Shown one piece after another: positions 1-11,374 of a DNA stretch of 64,000 nucleotides. Below the pieces are notes generated by a model, which saw only the letters and a list, made by a program, of their open reading frames with translations, was not told where the DNA came from and made no database searches. Numbering within the stretch: position 1 is the first letter of the stretch; each line of letters starts with the position of its first letter. The position numbers and the translations under genes are program-made. This DNA comes from Eledone cirrhosa (Eukaryota), in contig OZ024741.1 of assembly GCA_964016885.1 (NCBI GenBank), forward strand, positions 106,268,001 to 106,332,000, written 5' to 3'.

Positions 1-367
1 TAAGGGCATAGCAGCAGTCGGGGAGAATGGTAAGTGAAGAAAGTCGGTGTGTCAGTGTGTGTGGAGGTGCGGTGGACAGGGGAGAGGATGGGTAGGTGTG
101 AAAGTTGGAGTGGGGATGGGGGGTTAGTAGGGGTGTTAGTGGCATGTGTGTGTGTGTGAGAAGGGGGGGGGGGGGTGTAGTGTACTGGTGTGTATGTGCA
201 TGTTTGGATGAGTGTGTGTGTGTGGTGAAGGGGGTGTTAGTGGGTGTTAGTATACTGGTGGTGTGGAAAGGGTTGAATGCGGGTGTTAGTGGGGGTCAGT
301 GGTGGTAGGGTGTGTAGAGTGGGTGTGTGTGTTCGTGTGCATGATATAATTAGAAAATGAAGCCAAC

Positions 368-522
368 CTGTGTATGCCAGATTTCCATCCCAGTAATCCA
401 GAGCTGAAATCCAGGCCTCAAAATCATGTCCTTTCCATTGAACAAGGTTCTTTAATCCAGTGTTTGTTACTTGCCATAATGAGATGTTACCATCAGATGC
501 AGAGGCTATAATGCATGGCTCA
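368..522 (-). CDS. DPH7: Diphthine methyltransferase (WDR85/DPH7), third coding exon; gene continues off the left edge
   Basis: Acceptor (ttc)9-cag| and donor |gttggc. 155 nt, in phase with the previous exon. Translates (S)EPCIIASASDGNISLWQVTNTGLKNLVQWKGHDFEAWISALDYWDGNLAYTG, matching the DPH7 motif HxFEAWIxAxxYW...YxG. Not in the ORF track. Confidence 0.9.
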
Positions 523-797
523 CTGGAAGAAGAAGAAGAAGAAGAAGAAGAATGTTTTCTTTATTAACCACAAGGGTTTACATAAAGTAGACATTAAGGA
601 CAGTACAGGACAATACAGGACGGTACAAATGGGCATTTCTGCGTGTAAAAAAAACAGAGGATGTAATAAAATAACAAAGAAAAATTCCCCAATAGGGGGG
701 AGACTTCCGAGGGACATTTGTGGAGAAAGCCCATTAAAAGACCACAGTGACCCTGACCACCAGGGCAAGTGCCCTCTCCCAGTTTTCCACCTTTAAT

Positions 798-3700
798 TTA
801 CAGACACATACTCAGAGAAGGCCCATTCATTCGGGCCATACTTGCTTCTCTCACCCATCTTTCAACAAAATGCTGGGAAGAGAGCACTTCCCTCTCTACC
901 CTGATTTTCCTTTTCAAATGAAATTTGAAAAAGTTAATCAGGGTATCACCGAAGAGGTAAGTGCTCGTCTTCAGCTCTTTCAAACGTGTCCACCATACTA
1001 TCTCTTTCGCCATAGCCACCAGACAGATAAAAACTGCCTGCCCTTCCCGGCTAAAAGAAGAGGGCGGGGCAATCCTCACGATGGACTCAGCTGATAGCTG
1101 GATCCGTCCTACACGTGACAGCAGGTGTTCGACATAAACCCACAAGTCAGCAATGCTCGGACACTGGACGAGTGCGTGCAGGACGGTTTCGTCGCCCTGC
1201 ACGCATCTCGGACATGCCCGGCTGACGGCACCTCCGTGCCTGTAGAGTTTATCCCGAACTGCCAAAGCTCCCCGGTAGCACTGCCAGGCCAGGGATTTCT
1301 GGAAGTTGTCCATAGGCCTCGGCCCGAAAGTCCTTCCGAAGAGATTGGCTAGTTGATTTTCGTCGATGCCTAGAGTTTCTCCAAGTACGTCGTCGCTCTT
1401 CCCCTCCACTAATCCCCTATAGAACGCCAAGGTTTCCACCGATCACATTGCCCGATTGGTCGAGGGCTGTGAGCGCCTGATGACATTCCAGTCTCCAAGC
1501 GCTCCCTCTCGGTCTTCGCTTGACCCAGGACTGCAGCTCCGTCAAGGAGACGAGCTGGGGAAAAACGCATCTAGCAAACGGCGACCACACCTGATCACCG
1601 TCGAGGAAGAGGTGGAGATGTCGTAGCCTGAGCGCGTGTCTGCGCATCATCAGCCACGGCATGCCCAGCCCTCCACGTAGCGGGTGTTGACAGCAGATGG
1701 ACCGCCTGACCATCGGAGCGCGTCCCTTCCACAAGAAGCGAAAGAGCAAACGCTCCAGCGCAGTCAGGCGGGGCTTAGGACAAGGTACGACGGTCAGGCG
1801 GTAGTAGATGACGGACGCGATGTACGCGTTAGCCACCTCCGCTCGACCTTTCAGGGATAGCTTCCTCTCGGCCCATTTCTGGGTGAGAGAAGCTACCCTG
1901 CTTGTCACCTCGTCCCAGTTTTTGTCCGTCTGGAGGTCTGGACCGAACCAGACCCCTAGCAATTTAACCGGTCCGTCCGTCCAGCGCCCGACGACGCTGT
2001 TGGACGGCATGGACCTGCCTCTCCAGGTGCCGAGCTGCAGTCCCACTGACTTTTCCTGGTTGATCATTGCTCCTGTCACCGCTTCGTATTCTCTTAGTGT
2101 AGTGCCGATCGCCTCGATGTGTTTGGCATTCGACACCACTACGGTGACATCGTCCGCATATGCTGACACGGATCTTCCGCATCCTAGTTCGCGCGGGACC
2201 CCCCTCAACGTCTCCAGTTTGTGCAGTAATGGCTCGAGAGTCAATACGTACAATAGGGACGAGAGGGGACATCCTTGGCGGACCGAGCGCATGATGTTGA
2301 ACGGTTCCGAAAGGTGACCGTTCACTCTCACTACAGAGCAGATGTCGCTGTGCATGGCAGCGATCCAGCCTCTGAAGACGGGCCCAAAGCCAGCCGCCCT
2401 CAGGATTGCCGCTAGGTAACGATGGTCGACCCTATCGAAGGCTTTCGACTGATCTAAATTGATCAAAGACCCACCCATGCCAGGTTCCCTAGCTACCCTC
2501 TCTATGATGTATCGCATGAGGTGGAGGTTGTCGTGGATGGATCTGTTGGGAATGGCGCATGTCTGTGCCTCTCCCACCAGACCACCAACGACAAGCGCCA
2601 ACCTCTTTGCTAGCACCTTGGCCAAAATCTTGAACTCTGTGTTTAGCAGAGTTATGGGCCTAAAATTATCTATGTTATCCCCCTTGTTCGGATCCTTTCT
2701 CAGCAGCGCCACCGCTCCTCGGCTCACAGAGCTGGGAATTCTCCCGTTCTGTTGCCAGTTGCAGTAGACGTCCGCCAAGAGGCCTCCGAACAAGTCTGGC
2801 ATTTGTACGTAAAGTTCATAGGGCAGACCATCTAAACCAGGCGATTTACCCCTTGTGCAGCCAGTCATTGCCTCCCGTACTTCAGCGGTTGTTATCGGCT
2901 TTTCGCAACACTCCACCTCAGTGGCCGAAAGCCGCGGCAGTTCGTCGAGGTAGACACTAAAGTCCATCCCTCGATCCGGCCCGCCACTGCCCCCGAACAG
3001 TTGAGCGAAGTGTCGCTGAAAAGCTTCACACATTTGCCCGGGATCGAGTAGCATGCGCCCGTCGTGGTCCACCAAAGACCAGATCGTGGCTTTATTGCCA
3101 CGACGCGCCTCCGCCACTCGGGCCCATTGAACGGCTTTCGTCCCCTCGTGTCTGAGAGCACGCACCCTAGCTCTGACAACACAGCCTTCGTGCTTTGCAT
3201 TGAAGAATTGGTCAAGGGCCAATTTCGCCGCAAGTACGTCGGTCGCGATGCCTTTGCTAAGCGCCTCGTCTAATTTTCTAACTAATTCTCCCTCTGCTCT
3301 ATTTTTCTCTATTGCTAAAGCCTTACTAAACCTAATGGACTCTATTCTAATTGCTCTTTTCAGAGCAGACCACCACTTGTTGTTGACGATGGCCCCCGTC
3401 AACGCCCGCTTAACTAGTTCGCTAATCCGGTCTCTGTAGGCCTTGCGCGCTGGTAAGGACGCGTTTAGCTTCCAGTAGCCAGGTCCTCGTCTATGAAGCC
3501 TATCTAAGTCAAGCACACAGATCACGAATTTGTGGTCCGTGTAGCTGACTATCTTGAATTGTGGACAGCCTATGCTAGACCTATCTATTTCCCTACAAAA
3601 TACTCTATCTAGATATGATCTGGATGACCCTATACGATTTGTCCAAGTCCACATTGGTACATTTGGGAAATCCATTCGGTACCTGTCAGACAGTTCAAAA

Positions 3701-4212
3701 CACCTGAGCAGGTTGGCGAGACTCTTGCACCCTCCTTCCCTATCCACTAATCCCACACAATCCCAGCGTGCATCTAAGATCCCGTTCCAGTCGCCCACTA
3801 ACACTAGAGAGCGGGACGTTCCAAGAAAGGTCTCCAGACGCCGGAAGAAATCAGGCCGCCCTGCTCCTGTCGGGGCATAGACGGCCACTAACCTGAAAGC
3901 TTGCCCTTCTCCGCTGGTCACGTCCAGCACCACCAACTTACCTTCTGGGTCCAGGAAGATGGCCCGTATGGCACGATCCAAACCTCTCCGAAAAAGAACA
4001 GCAACTCCTCCCCCCGATCCCGGATGGCTGGGAGATGCGTACACATCGTAGCTGCCGAAGATCGGTGCGAAGGCCCGTGCTTCGTAGATTCTGGTCTCGC
4101 TGATGGCCACTACATCTATGTTTAGTGACCTGAGGTCGTTGAGCAGGTGGCCTTGCTTCCATGACGACCCCAAGCCACGCGCATTTATGCTGCCTATTCT
4201 GAATGAGGTCAT
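798..4212 (-). CDS. Tx1 ORF2: AP endonuclease + reverse transcriptase + zf-RVT, one frameshift near 1430
   Basis: SINARGL, ISET, GDWN, YLDR, YTDH (APE); KSPGLDG, FRPITLL, LDQSKAFD, RQGCPLS, YADD (RT); CPRC...ETVLHALVQC in the ORF at 798-1439. Confidence 0.92.
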
Positions 4213-4246
4213 GTTGAAAAGGAGTGGAAAAGATGGGAAAGACCAC

Positions 4247-6257
4247 TTACCTTACTTCTCGTAGGGGAAGGACGGTTTTTCCATCCTTTTCACTGCTTGT
4301 GGCCTCCTCAGGAAGGATGTCCTTATAAATCCTCCTGGAGAGTGCTTGTCGGAAGTCTCCGATGTCTTTGGGGAATTTTTGTTTTAGTGTCATGTACGTT
4401 TTCTGTGTGATGCGAGTGATTTGTATGTGTGGAGGTGGTGTGAATTTTTGGGTTGTTGTGTAGTCTTTTTCTGTGATGCTGGTGTTGTGTTGGATGTAGT
4501 GTAATAATTGCTTGTTGTTCAAATTTAATGCTGTGTAGTGTGTATCGTTTTGGTTGTTTTGTTTTGTTGCGTTTGTTGTGGGTTTGTTTCTGTTTCGCAT
4601 TTTGGTGACTTTTGTGTAGGTGATGGTGGTGTTGGGGTTAATGATGGTGATGGTGTTGGTGTTTGGGGTGATGGGATTGGTGATGCTGGTGTGGATGGTG
4701 GCATATCTGTCCTAACTTTTTTGTTTCTTAATTTATTTGTTTCCCTCTGTATTTTGTTTTTGGAGGGGGAAGGAAGAGAATTTTTTCTTTTTTGGTTTCT
4801 TTTTTTTTTCCTGATACCGTTTCCCACTCCTCGTCATCACAATCTGTCTCCAGTTGTGATAGGCCGGGGAGTGAAAAATCCTCCACAGGCGTTAGTTTTG
4901 GTTGTGGCGTGGTGGATGGTGTAGGCGCTGGTGCTAGTTCTGAAGCGTTGGGTGGTGGTGGTGTTGGTTTTGCTGGTGGTGGTGGCGTTGGTTTTGCTAC
5001 TGTTGCTGAGGTTGTTGCTGTTATAGTTGCTTCTGTTGTTGCTGCTACAGTTGTTGCTGCCATCTCTGCTACTGGTGGTGTTGATGGTTGAGTCACTGGG
5101 GTGGGTAGGAGAGGTGGCCTCAACCTTTTAGCCTGAGGGCAGAAAGCCCTTAGGTGGGTTCCTTCACCACAAACGACACACCTAGGCCTTCTGCCCTCGA
5201 CAATTACGGTGAGGTGGCTGCCGTCAGTGAGGTCTATTACCTCTGGGATCTCCTCAATGCTTTTTTGGTCTGCTTGGATCAGGAGCTCCATCCCAGATCC
5301 GGACCAGTTCTCCTGCTTTTCTTTTGCTATTGCTATTATCTTTGTGTTGGCTTCGATGCCGGCAAGGATGGCCGCTATTAGCCAGGGAATTTCGATGGCC
5401 GGTGGAACGTGGGTCACCCTGATCTTTACGAGTCTCTGGCCACAATAGCTTGGGACGAGTGTGAAGTCGTCACTTCTTAATGGAGCCATGGAGTGTTCTC
5501 TAGCCTCCTCTGGTGTTTCAAAGAACACGTCCACGGTTCCATATTTCTGCCCACATCTGATGTGGGTTTTTCTTGCCCACACATGTCCCAAAGCTTTTTG
5601 GATTTGGGACTCGGATGCCCGTTCCACTCGGCGCGATTTTACATTTATTGTTCGATACGACACGGTGCATAGGCGCCGATGCTCCATTTTATTAGGGGGG
5701 GGGGTAAGGCTGACCCTGTACCCATCTTTCTTTACCATTTTTTTGGCATTTTCTAATTCCTCCTGAGTTACCGTAAATGCTTCGCACTGTTTTGCTACTC
5801 TGGCAAAACTCAGGGTGGTTTTTTTAATGTCATTGTTGTTGTTGCTATCGTTATTTTTGTTATTATTAATTTTAGTTTCAGTTGTGGTGGTGGTGACGTC
5901 AGTGGAGTTCGGTTTGGAAGAGTCCATTTTGGTTGAAAATATTTCGACGTCACGAGTTGATTTATTTTTTCCTTTTGTTTCTGTTGTCGCGGTGGTGGTG
6001 GGGGTGGGGGTTGTCGGTGTGGTGGTGGTGGGAGTGGCAGCTTTAACACCTGCAGTCATTGGTAATGGCGAGAAATGAATGTCTGCCTGAGACAAATTTA
6101 AAATATTGCTAGTGCTTAAATTGTTTGTGTTGGCAAACGTAGTATCATTTACAATGGTGGTGTCGGTGTGAGGTGTTATTTTGTGAGGAAGGCTTTCAGC
6201 AGCTTGGTGCAGAGGGGAATTAGCCATTTTTTTTTCAAAATCATTTTTGAAAATCAT
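4247..6257 (-). CDS. Tx1 ORF1 (gag-like, CCHC knuckle), probably frameshifted near its 3' end
   Basis: 509-aa ORF with CVVCGEGTHLRAFC and a Pro/Thr-rich linker. Overlapping ORFs 4525-4827 and 4247-4600 plausibly continue it; the first shift falls in an A-homopolymer near 4800. Confidence 0.75.
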
Positions 6258-6456
6258 AAAAGTTTAAATTTTGGGCACAAGGCCCCAATCTTTTTGGGTG
6301 TCCTTTTCGGAAAACAATGTATGTGTGCTTAACAATAAAAATTTTCCATAAATGGCAATTTTTAACAAATGGAAATAACAAACCTTTGCGGAGCTCACGA
6401 TGATACGATTTACTATGTAGGTCGCCAATAATAATAATAATAATAATAATAATAAT

Positions 6457-8232
6457 CGCACTTATACCATTAAGTAAAATGCTCAATGAAACAAAACATG
6501 GATATAAAGTCTATGACAAAACCATTAATCACTTGTTCTACATGGATGACCTGAAACTATTTGCAAAAAGTGATGAACAATTGCAAGGGCTATTATCCAC
6601 TGTGGAGCAGTTCAGTGATGACATTAAAATGGAGTTTGGACTAGATAAATGCGCCAAAGCAACGTTCACCAGAGGAAAGCTGCTGAAGAGTTCAGACATT
6701 AATCTTGATCGGGGGAATGTGATAAGAGAACTTGATCAAGAAAAAACTTACAAATATCTAGGTGTTTGTGAAGGAGACGGAATCAAGCACTCGACAATGA
6801 GGGAAAGGATAAGGAAAGAATGTTACTGCAGAGTAAGAGCAATCTTAAGAACAGAATTGAATGCAAGGAATAGGATTGATGCCATAAACACGCTTGCCAT
6901 ACCAGTAGTAACCTACAGTTACAATGTCATCAACTGGTCAAGCAGAGAGATCCGTAGGCTCGATACAAAAATTCGAAAATTCTTAACCATGCACAGAATG
7001 CATCACCCTAAGGCAGATACAGATAGAATATATCTCCCTAGGAAAGAAGGAGGTCGTGGGTTAATCCAGTTAGACATTGCGTTGAAAACTGCAACAATTG
7101 GATTATCTACATATCTAAGGGAATCACATGATTGGATGATCAAACTCGTTTTGAAACACGAAAGCATCAAAAGATCATACTCCATTACAAAAGATGCACA
7201 AAGATACAGTAATGGACTACACATTCCAGAAGTCCCATTTACTGCTGAAATGGAAAACACAGAAAAAGCAAAGCAGGTAAAAGTAACTGCAAAGAAAGAA
7301 CTGCTACAGAAACTGGCTAAGAAATGGCAAGAAAAGCCTCTGTATGGAAAATACCCAGAACGAGCTAACAATCCTGATGTTGACAAAACTTTAACCCATC
7401 AGTGGTTGGCATCCTCTGGACTGAAATCGGAGACTGAAGGACTGATTATATCAGCACAAGATCAGTGTCTACCAACAAAAAATTACCAAGCCAACATAAT
7501 AAAAAATGGATGCAGCCCATTATGCCGTGTATGTAAAAAACAGCCAGAGACCATTGACCATATAATTTCAATGTGCAGTCCTATAGCTCCAACCGAATAC
7601 CTAAACAGGTATGACAGAGCTGCACAATACATACATTGGATAATGTGTAAGCATTTTGACCTGCCCCATCAAAAGAATTGGTGGGAGCATCAACCACCTC
7701 CCATACTTGAAAAAGATCACATCTCAATCTTGTGGAACTTTAGCATCCAAACAGACCGAAAAATAGATGCAAATAGACCTGATATAATATTGAAGGACTT
7801 TAAAAAGAGGGTATGCCTGCTAATTGATATGTCCGTTCCAATAGACAAGAATGTATCTATAAAAGCATTTGAAAAATTGAGCAAGTATAAGGACCTGGAG
7901 ATAGAAATTGGAAAAATGTGGAAATTGAGAACTAAAACAATACCAGTGGTTGTAGGCGCTCTGGGAATGATACCTAAGGGGTCTAATGATTACTTATCGC
8001 AAATCCCAGGAAACCCGCGTATAGGAGAAATACAAAAGATAGTACTAATGGGAACTGCCCATATACAAAGGAAGATTCTGTCAATATAAGTGCATCACAA
8101 GTCTAAACACTAAAGATGCATGTGTGAGTATGTATGTTCTTTCTTGAACATGGCGGACCTTGTTGTCTCTTGGGGTCACTGGTTGTGACTTGGTGATAAC
8201 TCGTATGAACATAAAGCAAGATAAATGCAACT

Positions 8233-8233
<1 letters not shown>
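6457..8233 (+). mobile_element. 5'-truncated R4/Dong-clade (restriction-like endonuclease) non-LTR retrotransposon inserted in (TAA)n
   Basis: Starts mid-RT; (AAT)10 at 6427-6456 and (TAA)15 from 8234. Dong elements are known (TAA)n-specific R4-clade elements. Confidence 0.85.
6479..8089 (+). CDS. C-terminal RT + CCHC zinc finger + PD-(D/E)xK endonuclease of the R4/Dong element (uninterrupted but N-truncated)
   Basis: HLFYMDDLK, YKYLG, GGRGL, CRVC...ETIDHIISMC, RPDII...IDMSVP, KLSKYKDL. Confidence 0.88.
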   Translation: MLNETKHGYKVYDKTINHLFYMDDLKLFAKSDEQLQGLLSTVEQFSDDIKMEFGLDKCAKATFTRGKLLKSSDINLDRGNVIRELDQEKTYKYLGVCEGDGIKHSTMRERIRKECYCRVRAILRTELNARNRIDAINTLAIPVVTYSYNVINWSSREIRRLDTKIRKFLTMHRMHHPKADTDRIYLPRKEGGRGLIQLDIALKTATIGLSTYLRESHDWMIKLVLKHESIKRSYSITKDAQRYSNGLHIPEVPFTAEMENTEKAKQVKVTAKKELLQKLAKKWQEKPLYGKYPERANNPDVDKTLTHQWLASSGLKSETEGLIISAQDQCLPTKNYQANIIKNGCSPLCRVCKKQPETIDHIISMCSPIAPTEYLNRYDRAAQYIHWIMCKHFDLPHQKNWWEHQPPPILEKDHISILWNFSIQTDRKIDANRPDIILKDFKKRVCLLIDMSVPIDKNVSIKAFEKLSKYKDLEIEIGKMWKLRTKTIPVVVGALGMIPKGSNDYLSQIPGNPRIGEIQKIVLMGTAHIQRKILSI

Positions 8234-8279
<46 letters not shown>

Positions 8280-8314
8280 TATTATTATTATTATTATTAT
8301 TATGCTCCTGTTAC

Positions 8315-8622
8315 CTTGCCTGTTGTGGAATAGACCAGTCTAATGACAAACCAATAACATTGGAGCCTAGCTCTTCAGAACTGGTCAAAGTTACATGTTT
8401 CTGACTTTCCCCTTCAAGATAATATAGACATATCTGGCCTTCAGCATCAACCAAAGCAAAAGATGAGTGACCATTAAGGTCTGAACGGTACCATTTAATG
8501 TCCAATATTCCGGAATGATCCAATTCTTCATCTATGGAGAGCAGTTCTTGGGAGTCTGTAGTCTTTAGTTGATAAACATACAGTCTACCAACTCTACAGT
8601 TTCCTTTTAATGTATCCTCATC
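8315..8622 (-). CDS. DPH7: DPH7 second coding exon
   Basis: tattttag|GAT ... GCAAG|gtaac, 308 nt. Translates DEDTLKGNCRVGRLYVYQL...SGILDIKW...LSLDWS, matching the DPH7 RxGRL, ILDxKW and LSLDW motifs. Confidence 0.9.
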
Positions 8623-8630
8623 CTAAAATA

Positions 8631-9395
8631 GTAATAATAATAGTGGTTTCTTTATTAGTCACACAGGGCTTATATTAAGAGGACAATAAGGACAGTACAG
8701 AAGGGTACAGTGTGGGTTTTTGTGCGAGAGAAAGGTTTATAAAAAAAGACGAAAAAATAAACATTTCAATAATCAAAACATAACAAATTCCCTTAAGTGG
8801 GGGATATCTCTGAGGGTCAGTCATGGAGAAAGTCCACAAAAATCGATGGTAACCTTGACTGCTAGGGCGAGTGCCTTCTCTCAGATGTATCTCCAATTTA
8901 CAGGCACAGCACATACTCAGAGAAAGACCTTCACTCAGACCAGGCTCGCCTCTTTCACCCACCATTCAACAAACCGGTTGGAAGACAGCATTTCTCTCTC
9001 CTTGATTTTTCTTTTTAGGTGAAACCTGAAAAAGTTAATTAGGGCTTCACCGAAGAATAAAGTATTTGTTTTCAACCCTTTCAAGTGCATCCACCAAGCA
9101 GATAACTACCTGTCCTTCCCCTCTAAAGGAAGACGGTGATGTGATCTTCACAATGGAGTCAGTTGCTAGTTGGATCCCTCTCACACGTGACAGAAGGTGT
9201 TTGACATAAACCCACAGGTCAGCAATGCTCAAACACTCAATGAGTGCATGCAAGACAGTTTCCTCCTCTTGCTCACATCTCAGACAAGCCTGGCTGATGG
9301 CACTTCCATGCTTATAGAGTTTATCTTGAACTGGCAAAGCTCCTCAGTAGCACTGCCAGGCCAGGGATTTCTGGAAATTATTCATAGGCCCTGGA
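8631..9395 (-). mobile_element. 5'-truncated, diverged copy of the same Tx1 family in DPH7 intron 1
   Basis: Aligns by eye to 551-1320 (e.g. gtagcactgccaggccagggatttctggaa). Ends aataaagaaaccactattattatt directly before the exon-2 acceptor. Confidence 0.88.
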
Positions 9396-9700
9396 CTATA
9401 ATAACACTATCATCATCAACAACAATAACAATACCATTATCAACAACACTATCAATATCATCAACAATAACATCAACAACAGCAACATCAACAATAACAG
9501 CACCATCATTGTCAACAATATCCTAAACGTCAACAAAAACATCAACAAATCATTTGGAGACGGTTGCTTCTGACAGAACCTGCTGGAGGGAGTGCTTGAG
9601 GACTCTACCCCCACAACCTTCTCAGGAATAAGTGGGTGAAGAAGAAGAAAGAAGAACAACAATATTACCCCCACCATCATTGTTGTCAACAAAAACAAGA
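9396..9700. repeat. Degenerate (CAA/CAT)n low-complexity tract
   Basis: Runs of aac, atc and aat triplets. Confidence 0.7.
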
Positions 9701-9721
9701 AAACTAAAGAGAATTCTTTAC

Positions 9722-9859
9722 CTGAGGTACTAATTGTTGTAATTCTTCCACAAGTTGATAATTACCAACAAGTAAAACTGAAGAATCCTTAGTAATTGGA
9801 CACCATTCTACTGAATCAGCATAGAATTTGGTTTTAAGAGTCTGAAGTGTTGTAATCAT
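9722..9859 (-). CDS. DPH7: DPH7 first coding exon
   Basis: ATG at 9859, donor CAG|gtaaag after 9722, 138 nt (phase 0). Translates MITTLQTLKTKFYADSVEWCP...LLVGNYQL, with the ADSVEWCP motif. An acceptor (ctatttcag) ending at 9895 implies an upstream 5'UTR exon. Confidence 0.9.
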
Positions 9860-10279
9860 GGCCAACTTTCTATTTTTATTTAGATTCTGACCAACTGAAA
9901 TAGATAAAATAAATTGTTTAACTGACAAAATAAACAAGAAAATTCTTAAAGTTGAAAGGAGAGAGATAGAGAGAACAATATAAAGGAAGATAGAGGAGAG
10001 AGAGTTATGTGTGAGTGCATGTGTGTGTGTATGTCATCATCATCATCATTTAACATCCAAATGCAAGCATGGGTAGAACAGGCTGTCCTTTGTGAGAGAT
10101 CAGGTCAGAGGACCGTGTTTCACTCACACAGAACTGATTTTAGCTTGGTTCTATGGCTGGGTGCTTTTTATTGACAACTACACAAACCCTTTACAGCTAG
10201 GTGCTTTTGTCGTGACACCTACACGACCACTGTATGTATGTATATATATATATATTCAAGCAGGGAAAAGCGGACGTTT

Positions 10280-10314
<35 letters not shown>

Positions 10315-10554
10315 TAGAAAGTGAGGGTTTTTTTACAAAATGAAATATAACCGAGGTGTCCTACACGAGTGAAAGTATAAGGAAAAAAGATGAAATCGAA
10401 AATGCAACTGGAGTCTTTTTTTTTTTTAAATATATATATTTATTTGGTTCCTTTACCGGCTTCGCAGTTCTTCTGCTTTTCAAAAGTAGAGTTAAGATGG
10501 AGGGTCTTTGGTTTTTCTCACACACACACATACATACATATATATATATATATG

Positions 10555-11013
10555 AAGGCGCATGGCTTAGTGGTTAGAGCATTGGGCTTGTAATTGAAAG
10601 GTTGTGAGTTCAATTCTCGGACCGGGTGATGTGTTGTTTCCTTGAGCAAGACACTTTATTTCACATTGCTCCAGTTTACTCAGCTGTAGAAATGAGATGA
10701 TAGGGACTGGGGTCCCTATCATTCCACTGCAAAGTGGTCGTGGAGGTGCCACGGCAAAAAAGCACCCAGCCCACACTGTAAAGTGGACATCTAGGCGCCA
10801 TGGAAAAAAAGCATCCAGCACTCACTGTAAATGAGGTTGGTGTTAGGAAGGGCATCCAGCTGTAGAAATTAAGCCAGAATCAGTTCCCGTATGAGCAAGG
10901 CATGGTCAGCTGACCGGACACTGCCCGTATGAGCAAGGCATGGTCAGCCGACCGGACAACCCGTCTAACCCATACTAGCGTGGAAGAACAGACGTAAAAT
11001 GGTGATGATGATG
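10555..11013 (+). mobile_element. tRNA-derived SINE with an RTE-LINE 3' tail
   Basis: A box TGGCTTAGTGG and B box GAGTTCAATTC, central ccttgagcaagacact...ctcagctgta block, then sequence shared with the RTE 3'UTR, ending (GAT)n. Other copies at 36850-37186(-), 54975-55125(-), 55700-55932(-); related heads at 26685-26820(+) and 28050-28200(-). Confidence 0.82.
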
Positions 11014-11374
11014 ATATATATATATATGGTGACACGACAAAAGCACCCAGTCCACACTGAGAGAGAGAGAGAATGTGTGCAACTAAGACTGTTGATAGCT
11101 CCTATTAAATCAAAGCCAATCTTGAACCCAAGCAAATGTGAACCATACAATTACACTCAACCTCAGCAACCCCATACCATATCAATCAAGGATGAGCTAA
11201 ATCACTTAAGTTCTTCCAAATAATGTCCCTACCATATGATATTGTTGTGAAGAATGACCTCAAGAAACTGAACCTCATGAAAAAGATGACATAGACTAAG
11301 TCATAATATAAAAGATCAAGAACCAAGTGCAAGCATGGCAACACTAAAATTAAAATTAAATATGATGAGAGTCT

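Larger units (their letters stand above)
551..6426 (-). mobile_element. Near full-length Tx1/L1-clade non-LTR retrotransposon, sense to DPH7, in intron 2
   Basis: Short 5'UTR, ORF1 with zinc knuckle, ORF2 with APE+RT+C-terminal zinc motif, 3'UTR with AATAAA (560-565) and a (TTC)9 tail. The 5' end abuts (ATT)10. Confidence 0.92.

Noticed and set aside
1-340. ORF 105-308 in GT-rich sequence
   Set aside because: Low-complexity DPH7 intron sequence, possibly a LINE 5'UTR like 60060-60260; no protein signature.
747-6078. Many plus-strand ORFs opposite the Tx1 element
   Set aside because: Antisense shadows of GC-richer coding sequence.
10555-10625. Possible tRNA gene
   Set aside because: A and B boxes are present, but it is the head of a multi-copy SINE with no convincing cloverleaf.
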